This document shows positions 59,648-64,000 of a DNA stretch of 64,000 nucleotides, piece by piece (the first letter of the stretch is position 1; each line of letters starts with the position of its first letter). The stretch is from contig CAIOSI010000001.1 in NCBI GenBank assembly GCA_903860975.1, forward strand, positions 22,403 through 86,402. The letters run 5' to 3'. Below the pieces are notes generated by a model. It made no database searches. It was not told the origin of the DNA and saw nothing but the letters and a program-made list of their open reading frames with translations. The position numbers and the translations under genes are program-made. This stretch comes from an uncultured Alphaproteobacteria bacterium. GTDB taxonomy: Bacteria > Pseudomonadota > Alphaproteobacteria > Caulobacterales > Caulobacteraceae.

Positions 59648-60619
59648 ATGATTTTGCTCGCCTGGCTGACCTATGTGCCGTTGCAGATCCTGTGGCTGCC
59701 CCTGTCGATCCTCGGCGGACTGCTGGTCGCCTACAAGCAGGTCTGGGTCAGCCGCAAGCTCGGCCTGTCGCAGACCGCCGTTGAAGTCGTGAATGGCCGC
59801 TGGACCGCTGACCTGTTCGGCCTGCGCCGGGACCTCGCCTCACGGCGACTGGCCGGAAAATTGCCCAACAATTCGGTGCTGGGCCTGTACCTGGCGCTTT
59901 TGCCGCTTCTGATCGCAAAGATCATTGCGGGAAGACCGATCCTCTATCCCCTGCTGCCGGAGGACGAGACGGCTGGCATTGCCAGCATCGTGTTCTCCCG
60001 GACGAGGCGTTTCGACGGTCTCATTGCCGACCGAGCCACCGATGTCGCGCAGTTCGTGGTCCTGGGTGCCGGGCTCGATGCCCGTTGCTACGGACCGCTC
60101 GCGAACCAAGGTCTCGCTCTGTTCGAACTGGACCAGGCCGTCGTCCAGCGGGCCAAACGCGCGGCGGTGAAGCGCGCGAAACTCGGATGCGACCGGGTTC
60201 AGTACATCGAGGTGGATTTCGCCCGGCCGCAATGGATCGCGTCGCTCACGGCCTCTTCGTATGACCCCGCGCTCAAGACCATCTTCATCTGGGAGGGCGT
60301 GACGCTCTACCTCAGCGAGGCCGACGTGCGGGCGACCCTTGCGGCGATCAAGGCCAACACCGCGGCTGGAAGCGTGGTCCTGCTGGATCTCTACGCGGCC
60401 CGGTTCCTGGCGCTCGCTGGACGGGGGGCAGCAGGCAGGACGCTGGAAGCGACGGGCGAGCCCCTTCGTTTCGGGCTAGATTTTTCCGGCGATGCGGAAC
60501 GCGTCCTGGCCGACTTCGCGGCGTCAACTGGGCTAGATCTTGGACGCCACTATTTCATGGGTTCGGCCCACGCTGACGGCCCCTTCATGGTGGTGGCGGA
60601 GTTTGTGATCGGCGACTGA
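59648..60619 (+). CDS. class I SAM-dependent methyltransferase (LCMT/O-methyltransferase-like) with N-terminal TM segments
   Basis: 323-aa ORF with GGAGAC upstream. SRTRRFDGLI and VVLGAGLDARCY motifs, and WEGVTLYL. Confidence 0.8.
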   Translation: MILLAWLTYVPLQILWLPLSILGGLLVAYKQVWVSRKLGLSQTAVEVVNGRWTADLFGLRRDLASRRLAGKLPNNSVLGLYLALLPLLIAKIIAGRPILYPLLPEDETAGIASIVFSRTRRFDGLIADRATDVAQFVVLGAGLDARCYGPLANQGLALFELDQAVVQRAKRAAVKRAKLGCDRVQYIEVDFARPQWIASLTASSYDPALKTIFIWEGVTLYLSEADVRATLAAIKANTAAGSVVLLDLYAARFLALAGRGAAGRTLEATGEPLRFGLDFSGDAERVLADFAASTGLDLGRHYFMGSAHADGPFMVVAEFVIGD

Positions 60620-60685
60620 CAGGTCTCCATGCCCCACCACTCCCCGATTCAGACGGTCGGAAGGTCAGCAATGGGTCTTGGGCGG

Positions 60686-61160
60686 CGAAGAAGGCTTCGG
60701 CGTGGGCGATCCGCTGAGCGGGATCGAGCCGAGGCGCGACGATAGCGTAGAAGTGGGCCGGCAGGCCTTCCACCTGGTCGACGTTGAACACCGTTTAGGC
60801 CTTCAGGAACGGGACGCTGCGTTCCACGTCGCGGCCATCCGCGCCGGCCTCGGTTCGGGTGACGCGGTTGGCGTAGACGACCGTCGCCCCGCGCTCGCCC
60901 TTGCGGACGTGCGCCCCCAGCGCCAGCGCCTGGCGGAAGGTGATCCAGAGGGGCGCGGTGAAGCCGCGCTTCATCGCCTCGGCCCACAGCAGCAGGACGT
61001 TCACCCCGGAATAGGGCTCTCCGGTCGACCGCAGCGGCCGGCTCACCGGCCCGGCCTGGTGGCCGGCGGCCCAAGGCTTCGTCCAGGGGCGGACGCCGCG
61101 TTCGAGGTCCGCCACGATCGCGTCGGTCACGCGGATGTAGAGGTCGGGAGAGGAGGACAT
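60686..61160 (-). pseudogene. ardC: ardC-like (DUF1738 ssDNA-binding) gene with in-frame TAA and missing C-terminal metalloprotease half
   Basis: ..VRPWTKPW..GEPYSGVNVLLLW..WITFRQALALGAHVRKGERG..VPFLKA, then TAA (60795-60797), then TVFNVDQVEGLPAHFY..RIAHAEAFFAA in the same frame. Similarity ends near 60686. Confidence 0.75.
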
Positions 61161-61266
61161 GGCAGGGGGCCTTTCGCTTGAACGCCCCGCCTTCCGGGGC
61201 GCCCTGCAGGTCCCTTCCCTTGCCTTTCGTGCGAGCCCGCGCCGCGGCGCCCGCGAGCGCCGGCCC

Positions 61267-61662
61267 CTAGTCGGCGCGGCGAACCACGCGCGATGCGCTG
61301 ATGCCGCTCACGACGGCGGACGCGATCTTGCGGAAGAAGGCGGCGCTGAAGCGGCCTAGCGGCTCCTGCGGCTCGAGGTACCAGCTGCCATTGAGCCGGT
61401 CGCTGTTGACCTCACTCACATAGACCCACGCCTCGCCCGCTAGATCCAGACCGACCCGGCGACGCTCGATGGGCGGAATCGCAAGCGCCTTCTGGCCCGC
61501 CGCCGGGGCCTTGGAACTGATCGCGATCAGATAGACCAGGCTATCGCCATCGACGGTCTGGACGCGCAGCACGCAGCAGCAGGGCCGATCCTTGGCCCCA
61601 TCCGGAGAGCGGTCTTCCGCGGCTTCGCGGAGCCAGCGGTAGGGGTACCCGTGGTCAGCCAG
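61267..61662 (-). CDS. uncharacterised putative toxin partner of the Phd-type antitoxin (no canonical start codon)
   Basis: Open frame LADHGYPYRWLREAAEDRSPDGAKDRPCCCVLRVQTVDGDSLVYLIAISS..IPPIERRRVGLD..WVYVSEVN.. begins right after the antitoxin TGA, in the same frame. The first ATG/GTG/TTG is the GTG at 61572. Strong G/C third-position bias. Confidence 0.4.
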   Translation of the reverse strand: MADHGYPYRWLREAAEDRSPDGAKDRPCCCVLRVQTVDGDSLVYLIAISSKAPAAGQKALAIPPIERRRVGLDLAGEAWVYVSEVNSDRLNGSWYLEPQEPLGRFSAAFFRKIASAVVSGISASRVVRRAD

Positions 61663-61917
61663 TCAGTCATCTGCGCGGCCCGACAGATAGGATTTCAGCC
61701 CCTCCAGCAGGATCTGGGCGTCGTCGGCGGATAGGTTCGCCATGTCCAGAACCCGCCGTGGATCCTGGGCGCGCGTAGAAAGCCGCTCGTAGTCTTCGTA
61801 GCTCATGAGCACGAACCTCTTCGCATTCCGCTCGGTGATGACGATCGGTTCGCGGGTCGCCGCGTGGCGGACGTCCGACGTCTTCCGAGCAAGATCGGTA
61901 AGGGCGTATTCTTTCAT
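61663..61917 (-). CDS. Phd/YefM family antitoxin
   Basis: Start at MKEYALTDLARKTSDVRHAATREPIVITERNAKRFVLMSYEDYERL (GGAGG 7 nt upstream). 84 aa. Confidence 0.75.
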   Translation of the reverse strand: MKEYALTDLARKTSDVRHAATREPIVITERNAKRFVLMSYEDYERLSTRAQDPRRVLDMANLSADDAQILLEGLKSYLSGRADD

Positions 61918-62051
61918 TTGAGCCTCCGCCCGCAGAGTGCACGAAATACGGAAAATACGCAATTCGTGCACTCTGCGGGCCGCGGGATGGTGTGCGCGAG
62001 CCATCGCGTCCTACGCTATGCCCTAGGCCTCGATATGGAGTGTGCCGTCCA

Positions 62052-62288
62052 TCAAGCGGTCTCCCCGAAGGCGGCGACGAGCTGGCCGATATGATCCTCG
62101 ATGAAGGTCACCAGACCGTCGAACTCCTCATCCTCGCCCATCAAGTCGGCGACCGAGAGGACCGCCTCCAGGGTGACGCCGTTGTCGGACGCCACGGCCT
62201 CAAGGTAGTCGCTGCGGGAGAGATCGTCGTGCTCGGCGTAGACTTTGCCCGGGGCCTCGATGTCGGGCTGTGGATTGGCGTGGTTCAT
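62052..62288 (-). CDS. very acidic 78-aa hypothetical protein
   Basis: Strong G/C third-position bias. MNHANPQPDIEAPGKVYAEHDDLSRSDYLEAVASDNGVTLEAVLSVADLMGEDEEFDGLVTFIEDHIG... I recognise no family. Confidence 0.55.
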   Translation of the reverse strand: MNHANPQPDIEAPGKVYAEHDDLSRSDYLEAVASDNGVTLEAVLSVADLMGEDEEFDGLVTFIEDHIGQLVAAFGETA

Positions 62289-62501
62289 TGCGATGGACCT
62301 TTGCTTTGTCGCTCCGGACCGGTGCGCCCATCACGTCCCTCCCCCTCGCCCTCAGGTCGCGCCTCGCCGGCGCCGAGGTTGCGCACATGAATCGGACGCC
62401 CCCGACTTGACCCGCCAGGTCGCGGCGCGTTCTGTGCCGGCAGGTTGGCGCCTGAACCTGGACTATCCCGCGTGGGCGACCGCACCGCACCTCGAAGCCC
62501 G

Positions 62502-63029
62502 ATGGCCTGGCAGCGAACGCTGGGCGAGATGAAGTCCCACGGAACGCGTCTGACTCAGACGGCGAGCTGCGGATGCCCGGACCGCTGGATTGAACTCGAC
62601 ATTGACCAGCTGATCGCCAAGTGGGGTGCGGACTGGCTCGCGTGGGACCGTAGGCCGCCCTGCAAGACCTGCGGTGCACCTGGCCACTACATGGCTTCCC
62701 CCGGACCCTCGACGCCCTACAGGCCACTCAGGACGGGCTACGCCCACGACCGGGACCGGCGGGCCTTCCTCCTGGGTTTCGGCTTCACAAAGCGCGATAT
62801 CGTGCGGATCAGGTCGATGGCTGAAACGACGACCTCCAACTACACGCCAGCTGCGCTCAACGATCTCGACGTGCCCTTCCGCATCGGCGCTGCGTGGCCG
62901 GGTACGGAGCGGCACTCCAGCGGCCAGGTGCTCGGTGAATGGGCTGGCCGGACCTTGCTCTATTGGGAGATGTCGGGTTCGGAGCGCGACCGCTGGGCAA
63001 GCCGGCAGCGTGGGCCTAGGCCGGTCTAG
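62502..63029 (+). CDS. hypothetical protein with Cys-containing N-terminal half
   Basis: 175 aa from MAWQRTLGEMKSHG. Good codon bias. CGCPDRW...CKTCGAPGH suggests a possible metal-binding pair. I recognise no family. Confidence 0.55.
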   Translation: MAWQRTLGEMKSHGTRLTQTASCGCPDRWIELDIDQLIAKWGADWLAWDRRPPCKTCGAPGHYMASPGPSTPYRPLRTGYAHDRDRRAFLLGFGFTKRDIVRIRSMAETTTSNYTPAALNDLDVPFRIGAAWPGTERHSSGQVLGEWAGRTLLYWEMSGSERDRWASRQRGPRPV

Positions 63030-63181
63030 AGCTGCCCGAAAGCGGACTCGCCTAAGGTCTGCTTTGGGGGGAGGCTGTGTAAAAACGTGAGTTTTGGTGT
63101 CGGCTTGGCTGGCCCGGCGGCGTTTGATGGATCGAGTTCCGCTGTTAAGCTGAGATTTGGCTGCGAATGACCAAGGGTTGG

Positions 63182-64000
63182 TCAGGCTCTGATCGCCGCC
63201 ATGAGCGGTCCGACCCCGAAGATCTGGATCATTCTCTTCATATTGTAGGCCAGGACGTGGAGGCTCATCTCGGTTCGGACCTTTTCGATGGTCCGGGTCA
63301 GGAAGTGGGTGCTTCCCATCCACGATTTGAGGGTCCCGAAGGGATGCTCGACGGTTTGCCGGCGCACGCCCATGGCGTCTGGCATGTGGTCGAGCCGGGC
63401 CTGCATCTGGTCGAGGACGGCCTCGTGCTGCCAGCGCCTGAACCTCTTGAGCTTGTCGGGCGTGCACTGTGGCTTGAGCCGACAGGTGAAGCAGGCCGTT
63501 AGATGGCGATATTCGTCCATGTCGTCTTGGCGGGTAGGTCGGCGTCGGCTCTTAGTCAGGTGCTGGCCCGCCGGGCAGGTGTAGTGATCCTTCTCGGCGT
63601 CGTAGGTGAAGTCCTGGCGGGTGAAGAAGCCACGCTTGGTGGCGCCAGATGTGTCCGTCTTTGGGATGCAGGGCAGAACGCCAGTCCCCTCGCAGGCCAG
63701 CACCTGCTCTCCGCTGAAGTAGCCGCGATCGGCCAGGGCGGTGAGCTCCGCGCACCCAGTCGCCGCCTGAGCCTTGAGGGCCATCGGCTCCAGTTGGGTT
63801 CTGTCGTAGCCCAGGTTGGTCACATCGTGCGCGACGATCAGATGGTGCTCGGCGTCGACTGCGGTTTGCACGTTGTATCCGACCATGCCGGTCCCTCGGC
63901 CGCTGGTGGCCATGGATCGTGCGTCGGGATCGGTCAGCGAGACCTGCTTGTCCGGCGCGGCATGGACCTGCTGCTCCATCGCCTTGAGCGCCTGCATCTG
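63182..64000 (-). CDS. IS1182 (IS5-like) family transposase, N-terminus beyond the window edge
   Basis: SLTDPDARSMATSGRGTGMVGYNVQTAVDAEHHLIVAHDVTN..ADRGYFSGEQV..HPFGTLK.. The frame is open to base 64000. Confidence 0.88.
   Translation of the reverse strand, partial: QMQALKAMEQQVHAAPDKQVSLTDPDARSMATSGRGTGMVGYNVQTAVDAEHHLIVAHDVTNLGYDRTQLEPMALKAQAATGCAELTALADRGYFSGEQVLACEGTGVLPCIPKTDTSGATKRGFFTRQDFTYDAEKDHYTCPAGQHLTKSRRRPTRQDDMDEYRHLTACFTCRLKPQCTPDKLKRFRRWQHEAVLDQMQARLDHMPDAMGVRRQTVEHPFGTLKSWMGSTHFLTRTIEKVRTEMSLHVLAYNMKRMIQIFGVGPLMAAIRA

Noticed and set aside
63129-63140. GGATCGAGTTCC resembles the tRNA T-arm GGTTCGAGTCCC, which made it a possible attR for the tRNA-Arg island.
   Set aside because: Only about 10/14 identity. 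No matching acceptor-stem sequence follows, and it lies inside the probable IS1182 terminal region.
62463-63467. 334-aa minus-strand ORF spanning the hypothetical gene and the IS1182 end.
   Set aside because: Extremely Arg/Pro/Gly-rich. It is antisense to a well-biased plus-strand gene and crosses an IS boundary, which makes it a typical high-GC shadow ORF.
1-64000. Looked for CRISPR arrays, rRNA genes and long tandem repeats across the window.
   Set aside because: I saw no regularly spaced direct repeats and no rRNA-like conserved stretches. The only RNA gene I can support is the tRNA-Arg.

Overview
High-GC chromosomal window, probably alphaproteobacterial. This is inferred from the cobS/cobT-rpmB and helicase-S4-fdxA-carD synteny and a PEPxxWA-CTERM protein; no search was run. 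All protein calls come from reading the supplied translations against remembered family motifs.

Bases 1-31151 are mostly conserved housekeeping and metabolic genes:
- aroK-aroB and a CNNM/CBS transporter
- a three-subunit xanthine-dehydrogenase-family molybdoenzyme operon
- bolA plus a J-domain protein
- small oxidoreductase and hydrolase genes
- cobS, cobT and rpmB
- a nucleosidase and cdd
- the SUV3-like helicase / S4 / fdxA / carD block
- a P450 and dctA

This part ends at a tRNA-Arg(CCU) gene at 31075-31151.

From the tRNA 3' end onward the window is largely decaying accessory DNA:
- Five toxin-antitoxin pairs: brnTA, hipBA-like, higB with truncated higA, vapC with nonsense-interrupted vapB, and a Phd-type antitoxin with an uncharacterised partner.
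- IS6-family material: one intact-looking copy, one copy with a single TAG, two internal fragments, and at least four solo right-end repeats all in the same orientation.
- IS66, IS21 and IS3 fragments, and a partial IS1182 at the window edge.
- radC and ardC remnants.
- Apparently functional cargo in between: a DEDDh exonuclease, a DsbA-like protein, an esterase, a PEP-CTERM protein, a glutamine-synthetase-like/ALDH/ADH/permease operon, an Oar-type TonB-dependent receptor, an ABC-F ATPase, a MASE1 hybrid histidine kinase and an LCMT-type methyltransferase.

I found no CRISPR array, no rRNA, and no convincing large new multi-gene machine. The most unusual signals are:
1. The array of same-orientation IS6 right ends that brackets cargo segments.
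2. Four otherwise intact ORFs each broken by exactly one in-frame stop.
3. Toxin genes that outlive their damaged antitoxins.
4. A Phd antitoxin and its partner ORF in one reading frame, separated only by a TGA.
5. An IS6-flanked exonuclease plus a 4-nt-coupled small ORF of unknown role.
6. A 1.1-kb ORF-free stretch containing GCGGAC-type repeats, one of which recurs 3.5 kb away.
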